A DNA stretch of 64,000 nt, from contig JBGQBE010000001.1 of NCBI GenBank assembly GCA_041494685.1, positions 1-64,000 of the forward strand, written 5' to 3'. The position numbers were made by a program, and so were the translations under genes. The DNA comes from Dehalococcoidia bacterium. Its GTDB lineage: Bacteria; Chloroflexota; Dehalococcoidia; DSTF01; JACRBR01. Under the pieces are notes generated by a model. The model did no database searches. It saw nothing but the letters and a program-made list of their open reading frames with translations, and had not been told where the DNA came from. This document shows positions 1 through 9,770 of this stretch, in pieces; the stretch's first letter is position 1; each line of letters starts with the position of its first letter.

Positions 1-629
1 GCCTGTACGAGTGGCGAGAGCGCATCGTCGTTACAGAATGTGCACAGGTCCGCGAGCAGCTCATCCAGCAGCTCGGGCGGAGGCGGAACGAAGTCGGCGC
101 CGCACGGGTTGTAGTTGTTTCCGCCGATCCAATTCTGCACGACGCGAATGTTGCCGGCGATCTTCGGCGCAACACCTTTCAGGAGTACTCGATGGATATC
201 GCGCAGGTCCGCAACGTCGATTGCACGCCGGTCCGCCGCACGCTCGATGGCGAGCTCCATGGCTTCGATGCTGGCCAGGACTTCGACGGCCCGCGGCCCG
301 ATCGGCTTCCCGGTCTCCTGCTTCACTTCGGCTCGCGCGAGAGATCGCGCATCGATCTGGAGCCCTTCGACCCTGGACGAGGCGATGGATTCGGTCCTGA
401 GAAGCAGGCGCGCGAACGGCGCGAGATATCCCGGCCAGCCCGCGTTGAGGCCGGAAATCCCGGTCTCGGCCTCCGAGATGATGGCTGCGAGATTCCCCGG
501 GATGCGTATCTCAAGCTGGCTGATGGGTTCCGGGATGAACGCGTCGTAGGCGCAAGCGTTGCGATATCGCCGGGGCGCGTCTACGTGGGGATCGTGGCCC
601 CATGTCTTACGAACATACGTTCCGGCCAT
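1..629 (-). CDS. Fic family protein, N-terminal part (runs off the window start)
   Basis: Not in the ORF track. Manual translation from ATG 629 is open to position 1: MAGTYVRKTW...LLLRTESIASSRVEG...DIHRVLL...QNWIGGNNYNPCGADFVPPPP. ESIASSRxEG and QNWIGG/FVPPP are typical of Fic N-terminal regions. AAAGGA RBS upstream. Confidence 0.85.
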   Translation of the reverse strand, partial: MAGTYVRKTWGHDPHVDAPRRYRNACAYDAFIPEPISQLEIRIPGNLAAIISEAETGISGLNAGWPGYLAPFARLLLRTESIASSRVEGLQIDARSLARAEVKQETGKPIGPRAVEVLASIEAMELAIERAADRRAIDVADLRDIHRVLLKGVAPKIAGNIRVVQNWIGGNNYNPCGADFVPPPPELLDELLADLCTFCNDDALSPLVQ

Positions 630-634
630 GGAGT

Positions 635-727
635 TATCCTTTCTCGCGGCCCAGCCTTCGCGAAAGGATATCGTCTATCCTTTCGCTTAGACACACTGAA
701 TGAAAGGATATCCCCTATCCTTTCATT
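635..727. promoter_or_regulatory. Two perfect inverted repeats GAAAGGATA-N5-TATCCTTTC plus a half-site over the Fic RBS (candidate operators)
   Basis: 661-685 CGAAAGGATA-tcgtc-TATCCTTTCG; 699-727 AATGAAAGGATA-tcccc-TATCCTTTCATT; half-site TATCCTTTC at 635-643. Confidence 0.7.
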
Positions 728-871
728 TCAACAGCCTCGAATGCACAGATATCGCAGAGTCTCCCATCCAAACCCGCGCCATATGACGGGGGATAACGTA
801 CGTCCTTCGGTCGTCCAGCTTCGTCGGCGCGCGCAATTCTGCAGACGGCGCGCTCGCTATACTCCGAGTAC

Positions 872-946
872 GCCCCCGTAGCTCAGAGGATAGAGCAGTG
901 GTTTCCTAAACCATGTGCGCAGGTTCGAGTCCTGCCGGGGGTACCA
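872..946 (+). tRNA. tRNA-Arg(CCT)
   Basis: GCCCCCG acceptor stem, TAGCTCAG D-arm, anticodon loop TTCCTAA, GGTTCGAGTCC T-arm, encoded CCA. TATACT -10 box at 858-863. Confidence 0.95.
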
Positions 947-1285
947 TGCATACAAAGACCGCGCCGGATCTCGAACAACGGCACGAACTCTGGCCACGGA
1001 TCGAGCCAGAGGCGCTTTTCTCGCGGGTTCATGTGGACGCTGCGGAACAGGATGCGGCAGGCCTCGCGGCGTTCTTCGACCGTCATGCCTTCCCAGACCT
1101 GCCCGATCGATACGAGCCGGTCGCCGGCGATCACGATCGCATCCGGTCGCTGCTCGGTTAGTTGGAGCAGCTCCGCCTCTATCGCGGCAAGGTGCGCGCG
1201 CCACTGCGCTTCGGGCATCATCTCCGCGAGGTAGGCGTTCGTGTATCGCCGCTTCTTCGCCGCAAGACTCTCCCAGGTGCAGCTC
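883..1285 (-). pseudogene. C-terminal remnant of a probable large serine recombinase, reading antisense into tRNA-Arg
   Basis: Coiled-coil segment, then WEGMTVEERREACRILFRSVHM, which resembles the 'W..L...ERR.....L...I.V' C-terminal pattern of large serine recombinases. No catalytic N-terminus; the last codons overlap the tRNA. Confidence 0.55.
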
Positions 1286-1288
1286 CGG

Positions 1289-2311
1289 CTATTCGCCAGT
1301 ATGCATGGCAAGGACACGTTCGTAGACCTTCACGTAATCGTCGACCATGCGGGCGGCGGAGAAGCCTTCCTCGACGAAACGGCGGCAGTGCTCGCGGCGG
1401 ATCTCCGGGAGGCGGTTGACCGCGGCCACCGCCTCGTCAACGTCCCGCACGAGGAATCCGTTCTCACCGTCTCGCACAAGCTCCGGCATGCTCCCCCGCC
1501 GAAAGGCGATGACGGGCGTGCCGCACGCCATTGCCTCGATCACCGACAGGCCGAAGGGCTCGTCGAACAGAATCGGATGCAAGAGGGCGGCCGCGCGCCC
1601 CAGCAAGACGTCACGGTCAGCCGGCCCCACGCTCCCCACGTACTCGACTGTCCTGCCGTCGATGTGCGGCTCGACATGCTCCTTGAAGTAGGCCTCGTCC
1701 TGGATGATTCCAGCCAGGACGAGTCGCCTACCCGCGCGTCGAGCGATCTCGATGGCTTCCCGCGTACCTTTGTCGGGATGAATCCGGCCGAAGAATACGA
1801 GCTCATCGCCACCGTCGGGACGGAACGTGAAGTGTTCGATGTCGATGCCGTGATGCACGGTGGCGACGTACTCGAGGCCCGGGTCGCGATCGGCGTTACT
1901 GATCGACACGTAGAAGGTGTGGCGGTTGTAGCGTCGGTACACGGGAAGAATGCGGGGCGAGGAGAAGCCGTGGATCGTGGTTACGACCGGCGTGTCTATG
2001 AGGCCGGTGTAGGTGAGCGGCAGAAAGTCGAAGTGGTTGTGAATGAGGTCGAAATCCTGAGCCCGCTCGAAGGCTGCAGCTATGTGCAGGCCCTCCCAGA
2101 CCTTTGGATCGAGGCTGCGATCCTCTTCGTATCCGCGTGGGCAGACCGCGTGGAGCTTCGCCGTTGTCTGGGAGTCCGCCGTTGCGAACAGCGTGACGTC
2201 AAAGCCGCGCTTAACGAGCCCCTCCGTGAGTAGAGAGACGACGCGCTCCCACGGGCCGTAGTGTCTGGGCGGCGTACGCCAGGCGATGGGCGCGAGAATA
2301 CCGATCCGCAT
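1289..2311 (-). CDS. Glycosyltransferase family 4
   Basis: MRIGILAPIAWRTPPRHYGPWE...GRIHPDKG...EPFGLSVIEAMACGTPV (GT-B motif); start reassigned to ATG 2311. Confidence 0.92.
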   Translation of the reverse strand: MRIGILAPIAWRTPPRHYGPWERVVSLLTEGLVKRGFDVTLFATADSQTTAKLHAVCPRGYEEDRSLDPKVWEGLHIAAAFERAQDFDLIHNHFDFLPLTYTGLIDTPVVTTIHGFSSPRILPVYRRYNRHTFYVSISNADRDPGLEYVATVHHGIDIEHFTFRPDGGDELVFFGRIHPDKGTREAIEIARRAGRRLVLAGIIQDEAYFKEHVEPHIDGRTVEYVGSVGPADRDVLLGRAAALLHPILFDEPFGLSVIEAMACGTPVIAFRRGSMPELVRDGENGFLVRDVDEAVAAVNRLPEIRREHCRRFVEEGFSAARMVDDYVKVYERVLAMHTGE

Positions 2312-2343
2312 GAAGACGCCCCCCGGTCGCGCGTCGTGACGTT

Positions 2344-3333
2344 TCAGCTGCCAGACAGGCGAAGCCAATCGAGGAGTTCGGAAATGTTCGCGATGGCCAG
2401 CCCGACTCGCGTGTCCGCTGCGCCATAGTACAAGCGCAACTCGCCGGTGGCTTTGTCGACGACCATGCCGCAGGAGAAGACGACGTTCCCCACGTCGCCC
2501 GCGCACTCGTACGGCTCGGCCGGGCCGAACACCCACTCGCTGCTGCGCCGGATCACCTTCCGCGGGTCCTCGAGATCGAGGAGCGCGAGGCCGATGCGAT
2601 AGATCGCCCCGGCAGCCGTATGGCGCACGCCGTGGTAGACGAGGAGCCAGCCCTCGGACGTTTCGATCGGCGGCGGGGAAAGCCCGATCTTGCCGGCGTC
2701 CCACGACGAGCCATCGCGCGCCTCCATGAGCACCATGTGATCGCCCCAGTGCTTGAGGTCGGGCGAGAAGGAGAGCCAGATGTTGGCTTTCGAGGTCGGA
2801 ATCGCCGTGACCGGGCGGTGGATGAGGGCCCAGCGGTTGCCGAACCGGCGCGGGAACAGGGCGGCGTCCTTGTTCTCCGGCGACGTGATGGGCCCCCGCC
2901 GTTCGAACGTCTCGAAGTCGGACGTCAGTGCAAGCGCGACGAGCGGACCGTTGCGGGAGAAGGCCGTGTAGGTGATCGCGTAACGCTCCAGCTCCTGCAG
3001 CCACACGACACGGGGGTCCTCGATGCCCCAGACCTCTTCGGGGAACTGCCGGGAGAGCGGCAACATGGTCGGCGCGGAGTCGATACGCCAGCCCGTGACC
3101 CCGTCCGCGCTGCGCGCGACGGTGAGGTGCGAGGCGCCCCGGCGGTCTTCGACGCGCACCAGCAACAACGTCTCGCCGTTCGGCAACTGTACGGCGCCCG
3201 GATTGAAGACGCTGTTGGCGGGGTACGGCCAAGCTTCGGCGCTGAGGATCGGGTTCGCCGGGTGTCGCCGGAAGAGTTCGTGGAAGCCGTTGTGATTCTC
3301 GATGATTACCGCGCCGGCTCTTATGTTCGCCAA
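2344..3333 (-). CDS. GH130 family glycoside phosphorylase/hydrolase
   Basis: NPIL, VFNPGA, GIEDPR, NKDAALFP, HRP, YHGV, GDVGNVVF, YYGAADT motifs; TTG start at 3333 with AAGGAG RBS. Confidence 0.9.
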   Translation of the reverse strand: MANIRAGAVIIENHNGFHELFRRHPANPILSAEAWPYPANSVFNPGAVQLPNGETLLLVRVEDRRGASHLTVARSADGVTGWRIDSAPTMLPLSRQFPEEVWGIEDPRVVWLQELERYAITYTAFSRNGPLVALALTSDFETFERRGPITSPENKDAALFPRRFGNRWALIHRPVTAIPTSKANIWLSFSPDLKHWGDHMVLMEARDGSSWDAGKIGLSPPPIETSEGWLLVYHGVRHTAAGAIYRIGLALLDLEDPRKVIRRSSEWVFGPAEPYECAGDVGNVVFSCGMVVDKATGELRLYYGAADTRVGLAIANISELLDWLRLSGS

Positions 3334-3588
3334 CGCGCGCTCCTTCCAGACGGGCGGGCCACTTCGCGGCCCATCGATTGCTGCGCTCAATGTACCGCGG
3401 GCCACGAATGTGCGGGCAATCGAGGAATCCCCTATCTCTGCGCTCCTCTGGCGCGCGGCCGAGGCGAAGGAAAGCCGTGCGCGAAGCCGCTTGCGCGGTG
3501 GTATCGGTGGTATGATGTCGATAACCCCAGTCCTCTCTGCGTAACCGACTTGCCGGGCACGTTGTGCGAGGACGAGAAGGATGATCGC

Positions 3589-4908
3589 TTGGCGAAGTAT
3601 GTTTCCTTGACTAGTGAGCGCGGGAGCGCGGCCAAACCGTTGCGCATCGCGCTGGTTTCGACGAACCCTCCTCGCCAATGCGGCATCGCCACCTTCACGT
3701 ACGACCTCGCGCGCGCCATGCAGATAGCGCACCCGGACGCGCGCCTCTGGTGGGCGGCAATTGACGAGGAGCAGTCGGCCCATGTATACGGGCCCGAGGT
3801 ACGCTGGCGCATCCGTCAGCGTGATCGCGGTAGCTACCAGCGCGCGGCCTGGGAGATCAACCAGTCGAACGTCGACGTAGTGTCCGTGCAACATGAGTTC
3901 GGGCTGTACGGCATCTGGGGCGAAACGTTCGAAGACCACCTCGCTCCGTTTCTCGAGACGCTGACGAGGCCGCTAGTCACGACCTTGCATACCATCCTTC
4001 CGAACCCTTCACCCTCCGTCAGGGAGGCGGTGCGACGGATTGGCCGTCACAGCCGCGCGCTGGTGGTTATGGCACACCGGGCGCGCCATATCCTCGAGCA
4101 TGAGTACGGCATCGACCCCGTCGGCGTGCATGTGATCCCGCACGGGGTGCCGGCTACCGAGCCCCGCGGGCGTCAGCGCATTCAGCAACTGCTGGGGCTG
4201 CGGGATCGCAGCGTCATCTCGACGTTTGGCCTCGTCAGTCCGCGAAAAGGCCTCGAACACATGGTGCGCGCGATGGCCGAGGTCATCCGCACGCATCCGG
4301 AAGCGCTGTACATGATCGTCGGCAAGACGCACCCCGAACTGATGCGCTATCAGGGCGAGGTGTACCGCGCCGAGTTGACCGCGCTCGTGCGCGCGTGCGG
4401 GCTCGACGAGCACGTCGCCTTCGTCGATGAGTATCTCACGCAGCAGGACATCGTCGACTACCTGCTGGCCAGTGATGTCTACGTGACGCCCTATCTGGAC
4501 CCGAACCAGATCACGAGCGGGACCCTCGCGTACGCGCTCGGCGCGGGTAAGGCGATCGTCTCCACCCCCTACCTGTACGCGAACGAGGTCCTGGCAGACG
4601 ACCGTGGAATCCTCGTGGACTTCGGTAGCCATCGCGGGCTCGCTGACGGTGTGCTCCGCATTCTGGACGACGACGGGTTGAAGCGCCGGCTGGAGCGCAA
4701 CGCCTACGAGTACGGGCGGCTGATGGCGTGGCCGTACATCGGCGAGCAGGTGATGCGTCTCTGTCGCGCGATCGCGGCTGAGGATGTCGCAAGTGCAGCC
4801 CGGCGGGACGTTGCCGACTCGCCGGACGTGGCGTTGTCTGGCGCGTGGCAAGAAACCGCGGCTGCTCGCGCCGCCGGAATCGCCTTCGTCACCCAATCGG
4901 ACCATTGA
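3589..4908 (+). CDS. Glycosyltransferase family 4
   Basis: PPRQCGIATFT, QHEFGLYG, IPHG, FGLVSPRKGLE, QITSGTLAYALGAGKAIVSTPY; probable TTG start at 3589 after GAAGGA. Confidence 0.9.
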   Translation: MAKYVSLTSERGSAAKPLRIALVSTNPPRQCGIATFTYDLARAMQIAHPDARLWWAAIDEEQSAHVYGPEVRWRIRQRDRGSYQRAAWEINQSNVDVVSVQHEFGLYGIWGETFEDHLAPFLETLTRPLVTTLHTILPNPSPSVREAVRRIGRHSRALVVMAHRARHILEHEYGIDPVGVHVIPHGVPATEPRGRQRIQQLLGLRDRSVISTFGLVSPRKGLEHMVRAMAEVIRTHPEALYMIVGKTHPELMRYQGEVYRAELTALVRACGLDEHVAFVDEYLTQQDIVDYLLASDVYVTPYLDPNQITSGTLAYALGAGKAIVSTPYLYANEVLADDRGILVDFGSHRGLADGVLRILDDDGLKRRLERNAYEYGRLMAWPYIGEQVMRLCRAIAAEDVASAARRDVADSPDVALSGAWQETAAARAAGIAFVTQSDH

Positions 4909-5969
4909 TACGACAGCTCCGCCGGCTGCTGCGGCCAGTCCCCGCGCTCGGGCCTGATACGTTCGCGCTGGCCGTGTACGCTCGCGAGCGGGACGGCGGG
5001 TTCACCGTGCAATCAGCGGCCGAACAGGGCTATGAGGGCGTCGCCTGCCTCGACGACGCGGCACGCGGCGCCGTGCTGTACAGCGAGATCTGGCGCCGGC
5101 ACGGATTCGATTGGGCACGCACGGAGGCCGAGGGCTTGTTGCGCTTCACCTGCGCTATGCAGACAAGTGACGGCGCCTTCGTGAACTTCATTGGCGACTG
5201 GGAGGGGCGGCGCCAACTCGACACGCCGACTTCTCGGCCCGGAGGCGGCCCGTGGCACGCCCGCGGACTCCACGCGTTGGCGTGCGGCGTGGCGGCCTTT
5301 GGTGACGACCGCTATGTCAGGGCGTTCGAAGCCGGATTGCCCGCGCTCGATCGGCCGATGCCCTACCTGGATGTGCGCGCGGTCGGCGTCCTCGCGGCGC
5401 TCGAGTTCTCGCGCGCGACGGGTGCGCGGCCCGTGGCTGCGCGGGCGCTCGCCTGGGCCGAAGAGATAGCCGCCGCGCGAATCGGCGACGTGCTGCCTGA
5501 CCGCGCCGGCGTCGCAGCCATCCACCTGTGGGGCCATCTACAGGAGGTTGCCCTCGCGCGCGCCGGCACCGAGTTCGGGCGCGATGACCTTATCCAAGTG
5601 GCTGCACGCAGCGCGGACGCCGTGCTCGCGCCGGCCGCACAGCGTGCGTTCGCCGGGCCGCGGGCGTTGCCGTTCGACGTTAGTAGCACCGTCGCCGGCC
5701 TCGACGCCGTCGCGGCCGCGACGGGCGACGCTCGTTACGCGGAGTTCGCTGCCCTCGCCCGCGCCTGGTTCGACGGCCGGAATGCGGCGGGGCACGCCGT
5801 CTACGATCGCGCGCGCGGCGTCGTCTTCGACGGCATCGACGACGACCGCATCAACAGGAACTCCGGCGCCGAGGCGAACATCGAGGGCGGCCTCGCGCTT
5901 CTCGACTCGCTCCCGTGGGGTGCGTACGGACGAGAGGCGCCAGCCCCCTCACCAGCATCCGCGAGCTAA
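4905..5969 (+). CDS. Hypothetical protein, probable (alpha/alpha)-barrel glycosidase-like partner of GT4
   Basis: CLDDAAR...FVNF...AWFDGRN...VYD...DGI...INRNSGAE resembles the domain often fused C-terminal to this GT4 subfamily. TTGA start/stop overlap with the GT4 gene. Confidence 0.7.
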   Translation: MIRQLRRLLRPVPALGPDTFALAVYARERDGGFTVQSAAEQGYEGVACLDDAARGAVLYSEIWRRHGFDWARTEAEGLLRFTCAMQTSDGAFVNFIGDWEGRRQLDTPTSRPGGGPWHARGLHALACGVAAFGDDRYVRAFEAGLPALDRPMPYLDVRAVGVLAALEFSRATGARPVAARALAWAEEIAAARIGDVLPDRAGVAAIHLWGHLQEVALARAGTEFGRDDLIQVAARSADAVLAPAAQRAFAGPRALPFDVSSTVAGLDAVAAATGDARYAEFAALARAWFDGRNAAGHAVYDRARGVVFDGIDDDRINRNSGAEANIEGGLALLDSLPWGAYGREAPAPSPASAS

Positions 5970-6146
5970 TGAGAAGCACCGACGGGATTGGAAGTCTCGT
6001 CATTGCGGCTAATCACGATGTCTCATGGTGCCTCAACCACCAGGGATCGATCTGGCGCCATCTAATGCCATCGTCGGTGGTGGCGAGAAGCGGGTTCCAC
6101 GAAGCGGAAGGCTCACGAAACTCGGCGCAGCGGACGGAGGATCGAG

Positions 6147-7781
6147 ATGTCGGCGACGGACGAATTCCAGTCGAAGATCGTGGGTGAAATCGGTGGGATG
6201 CGTGTCATGATGACCGGGCGCGAGCGCTCCGATGGTAAGGAGGACCTCGTCCTGCCATCCGGATTGGCCATCGTGACGGACAACGCGCTCGAGTATTTGG
6301 TCGGCGCGTGCCGGGAATACGACCTTCAGCATCTAGGGCTCGTGATAGCAGAATTCTCGTCGATGCGCGTCGGTACGCGAGAGAAGTTGAATGAGACGCT
6401 GGCCGCCGCTGGCGCGGACCCCGCCGGTCTCTTACGCGACTACCAGATGGCGCTCGTTTTCCGAGTGGCGGCCGGCGATCCCGACAGAACCGACCCGACG
6501 GGCAAGCGCATCAGCGCGATTGAGCTTGCCCGTCTCTGCCGACTAGCGATTTCCAGTCGCACGTTGGGCGAGGAGACCGACGATGTATCGGCGCTGCTGC
6601 TACGCGTGGCGTATCTTCAGTTCTGGGATCTGGAGAGCTACGATATCTTCCCGCGCGGCATGATCATGCTCCGGGAGGTCGCTGACGCGCTTCCAGAGGC
6701 GGATCGCTACGACCTCAATGAAGCGTTCAAGAGCCGGTTCGGCTTTCGCTTCGACACGTTCGTGGTCTTGTGCTTCTCGCTCTTTGCGCTCGCAACCAAC
6801 CAGCCGGCCCGGCGTTTCGGCATTGAGCAATTAGCTGGCTCGGCTGAGTTCGACCTACCTCGGGAGGAGATCGCCGCATTCCTTGAGTATGTGAGTTGCG
6901 ATCTTGGTTCGTTTCGGGAGCGCGCCAACGATCCTCGGGTGCTTGTCCCGAATTTTGAACCGCACAGCCTCAACCCCCTCGTTCGCTGGCCAGCACTGTG
7001 CCATAGCGATGGTGGTGTGTATGTACCGATCCCGCGACTGCTCCTCGATCGCGCCACCACAGGCGTCTACTACGACTTGTTGCCCGAGCTGTCAAAGAAG
7101 GAAGCGGGGAGGTTCGGGGCGTTCTGGGGAAACGCATTCGATCGCTACATCGAGCGAATCCTGTCAACAACGCCGGGCGTCGGGCCGATTCGTCGCGGCG
7201 AAGAGCTCATCAAAGATGGCAAGAACTGCGACGTGATTGAGCTTCCTGAGAAGGCCCCAGCGTTGTTCGAATGCAAGACCGCGGGCCTGTCGCGTCGGTC
7301 GAAGACGACCGGCGAGCGCTCCTCGATAGTCGCTGACATAGAGGGCTCATCGTTCCCTGAAGGCGTGGTTCAGCTGGCCGAGTCTCGCGCTTATCTAAAG
7401 TCCGCCTTCGGCGCGGAGCCGAACTCACCACTAATGCTGGTGTCCTTGGACGAAATGTACTGGGCCAACGAGCCAGGTATCGGAATTCGCGAGATGATTG
7501 CGGCGGCTGCAAGCGACCTCACGAAGGCCGATGTATCGTCATTGACTATTGGCAGCGCGTCTGATGTGGAATCGCTCTGCAGAGCCGCAGAGTTCGGTGG
7601 GGTGGACCCTCGAACGATGCTTCTCGCAAAGATGAGCCGCCCCGACACGGATGCGCTCGATGTCCGCACGTTTGTGGCATCCACGGTGAAACCTCCGAGG
7701 ACACCGATAACGCTTCACCGCGAATTTCTCGACAGCGGATGGAGGGTGATGCTCTCTCCCTACCTTAAGAGGGCGACCTAA
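6147..7781 (+). CDS. Hypothetical 544-aa protein with putative C-terminal PD-(D/E)XK nuclease domain
   Basis: GGAGG RBS; CDVIE...ALFECKT...GVVQL catalytic-like pattern; visibly more A/T-ending codons than its neighbours. Confidence 0.65.
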   Translation: MSATDEFQSKIVGEIGGMRVMMTGRERSDGKEDLVLPSGLAIVTDNALEYLVGACREYDLQHLGLVIAEFSSMRVGTREKLNETLAAAGADPAGLLRDYQMALVFRVAAGDPDRTDPTGKRISAIELARLCRLAISSRTLGEETDDVSALLLRVAYLQFWDLESYDIFPRGMIMLREVADALPEADRYDLNEAFKSRFGFRFDTFVVLCFSLFALATNQPARRFGIEQLAGSAEFDLPREEIAAFLEYVSCDLGSFRERANDPRVLVPNFEPHSLNPLVRWPALCHSDGGVYVPIPRLLLDRATTGVYYDLLPELSKKEAGRFGAFWGNAFDRYIERILSTTPGVGPIRRGEELIKDGKNCDVIELPEKAPALFECKTAGLSRRSKTTGERSSIVADIEGSSFPEGVVQLAESRAYLKSAFGAEPNSPLMLVSLDEMYWANEPGIGIREMIAAAASDLTKADVSSLTIGSASDVESLCRAAEFGGVDPRTMLLAKMSRPDTDALDVRTFVASTVKPPRTPITLHREFLDSGWRVMLSPYLKRAT

Positions 7782-7897
7782 ACCGCCCGCATCGAGTCAG
7801 CTAGGTGACCCTCACGATGACACAATAGTGAGGCGAGCCGTGGTGGCAAGGGCCCCGTTAGAGATGACGCCTCAATCGTTGCCGCCGTCACCGGCAA

Positions 7898-8878
7898 TTA
7901 TCGTTTCGCCTGATCGAGTCTCAAGAACTGATAGAAGAAGTAATCCGACTGGCTTTCGAACAGGTCTTGATACCGAGCCCAGGGGACGTGGCCGGCCCCC
8001 TCGAGCGTCTTGAAGACGACGGGCACACCGGCGTTCTGCATGGCGCTCGCAGTTTCCACGGACCACTGATACGGCACCGCAGGGTCAGCGGTGCCGCTGA
8101 AGAGGAAGCCGGGCGCGTCAGAGCTGTCGACGAAGATCCCGCCCGGCAGACCGCCCGAGATCGATACCCAGGCGCCCACGTCCGATGGATACCCAGGATT
8201 CCCGCTGTCGCCGGGGAGATCGGCTGAGAGGCCGACGCCGGTCGCGATAATGGCGCCTGCTGATTCGCCACCGATGCCGATCCGGTCGGGGTCGATGCGA
8301 TAAGCCGCTGCGTTCGCGCGCAGCCAGCGAACCGCGGCCTGCCCGTCATGCACCGCCTCCACGGCGGCAGTGAAGCACGCGGGAGCGCCGCCGGCGTCGC
8401 AGCGTTTCGGAGCGAGGAGCCGGTAGTTGATCGACACGGCCACGTAGCCGAGCTTGGCGAACTCTGTGGAGAGCACCGCAGCCGGCCCCAGGCTCTTGTC
8501 GCCAGCAGAGTATCCGCCGCCGTGGACCCAGATCACCGCCGGACGCTTCGTCGCGATGTCACCGGTCGGCTCATACAGATCCAGCTTGAGTGCGACGGGA
8601 TTGTTGGCGAAATCGGGCGCGCTGCCGTACTGGAGATCGCTGATCCGCGTGACGCTGCCGAAGACCTCATCGCGATAGCGCAGAGGCCCCGTCCCGTCCG
8701 GCCGAGCGACCGCAGAGGGCGTGCACGCGATCAGCAATGCGGCGGCGGCCACAACGCCGACGAGCACCAATGCCCTTGGTCGCCATACGCGAATAGCTGG
8801 CCTACCTTCTCGATAGCTCGCGATCCGCAGCTTCAAATGCGCCGCATGGATTGTTTCACGATTGGCACGTTTGTGCAA
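7898..8878 (-). CDS. Exported alpha/beta hydrolase (carboxylesterase/lipase-like)
   Basis: HGGG oxyanion motif, GESAG nucleophile, GTADPAV, GAGH; hydrophobic signal ending LIAC (lipobox-like). Start uncertain. Confidence 0.88.
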   Translation of the reverse strand: MHKRANRETIHAAHLKLRIASYREGRPAIRVWRPRALVLVGVVAAAALLIACTPSAVARPDGTGPLRYRDEVFGSVTRISDLQYGSAPDFANNPVALKLDLYEPTGDIATKRPAVIWVHGGGYSAGDKSLGPAAVLSTEFAKLGYVAVSINYRLLAPKRCDAGGAPACFTAAVEAVHDGQAAVRWLRANAAAYRIDPDRIGIGGESAGAIIATGVGLSADLPGDSGNPGYPSDVGAWVSISGGLPGGIFVDSSDAPGFLFSGTADPAVPYQWSVETASAMQNAGVPVVFKTLEGAGHVPWARYQDLFESQSDYFFYQFLRLDQAKR

Positions 8879-9284
8879 TATGGGAGCGCTATCAAGTGCC
8901 GGGTCCCCGCACCGAGAATGCTGCTATGGAGTATGGCAAGTTTGGGCCGTGGCGTTCGATGTGGAAGCTAGGGGCAGCGGCGGGGCTGCGCCGGCGTAGG
9001 AAGAGGCGAACCCGAAGGTCGTAGATGCCAGCCCAGCGCGCCCACAGACGTTGCGTCCTTCGCAAGTCGTTCACGCGCACCTCGCCGAAGCCGACCATCG
9101 CAGGCGAACACAGTCTACTCCCGGCTGTTTGATTCGGGGGCATCTCCTGTGCGCTGGGATTCCCCTGGCGCGCACCGTCGGTCCATCGTGGGCGGCAGAA
9201 TGAAGAACGCCGTAGCCCCGCGGTGGCCAAGCTACTCTGCGGTCAGAGAGTCTTGGCCTTGTCGCTCACGCACGACGCCGCCGA

Positions 9285-9770
9285 TCACTCGGGTCTGGCG
9301 TGCGCCGTATCCAGCGGTGCGCCTCGACGCGTGGTATCCATCCTCCTCATTGCCATGAGAAGGCCGTGAATGATGGCCTCTGGTCGCGGTGGGCAGCCGG
9401 GGATGAACACGTCGACCGGCAGCACTGGTTCCGCTGCGCCGACGGCCGCGTACGTCTTCGAGAACACCCCGCCGCCTATCGCGCACGCGCCCACGGCAAC
9501 GACGAGTCGCGGCTCGGGCATCGCCTCGTATGTCATCCGCGCCGCCTGCTGGAGGTTGCGCGTCATCACGCCGGTGACGAGCAGCAGGTCGGCGTGACGC
9601 GGCGACGCGACGAAATCGATGCCCAAGCGTTGAATGTCGTACACAGGGTTGAGCAGCGCGACGAGCTCCCAGTCGCAGCCGTTGCACGAACCGCTGTCCA
9701 GGTGGCGGATGTGCAGCGATCGGCTCAGTTTCCCGCTGATCGTCCGCTGCAGAGCGCGTGATTCATCCAT
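9285..9770 (-). CDS. hyfI: Hyf/Ehr small subunit (NuoB/HyfI-like)
   Basis: GSCNGCDWE, ASPRHAD, GACA, IPGCPPRP; GGAGG RBS before ATG 9770. Confidence 0.92.
   Translation of the reverse strand: MDESRALQRTISGKLSRSLHIRHLDSGSCNGCDWELVALLNPVYDIQRLGIDFVASPRHADLLLVTGVMTRNLQQAARMTYEAMPEPRLVVAVGACAIGGGVFSKTYAAVGAAEPVLPVDVFIPGCPPRPEAIIHGLLMAMRRMDTTRRGAPLDTAHARPE

Noticed and set aside
11..881. Plus-strand ORFs 11-400, 115-549 and 192-881
   Set aside because: Antisense shadows of the minus-strand Fic gene.
1289..4908. Long 647, 531 and 762 aa ORF versions suggesting fusions
   Set aside because: The N-terminal extensions overlap other real genes; RBS-supported internal starts explain them.
8892..9230. 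112-aa ORF with a methyltransferase-like stretch (RLWARWAGIYD)
   Set aside because: At most a short fragment; no SAM-binding motif, too weak to call.
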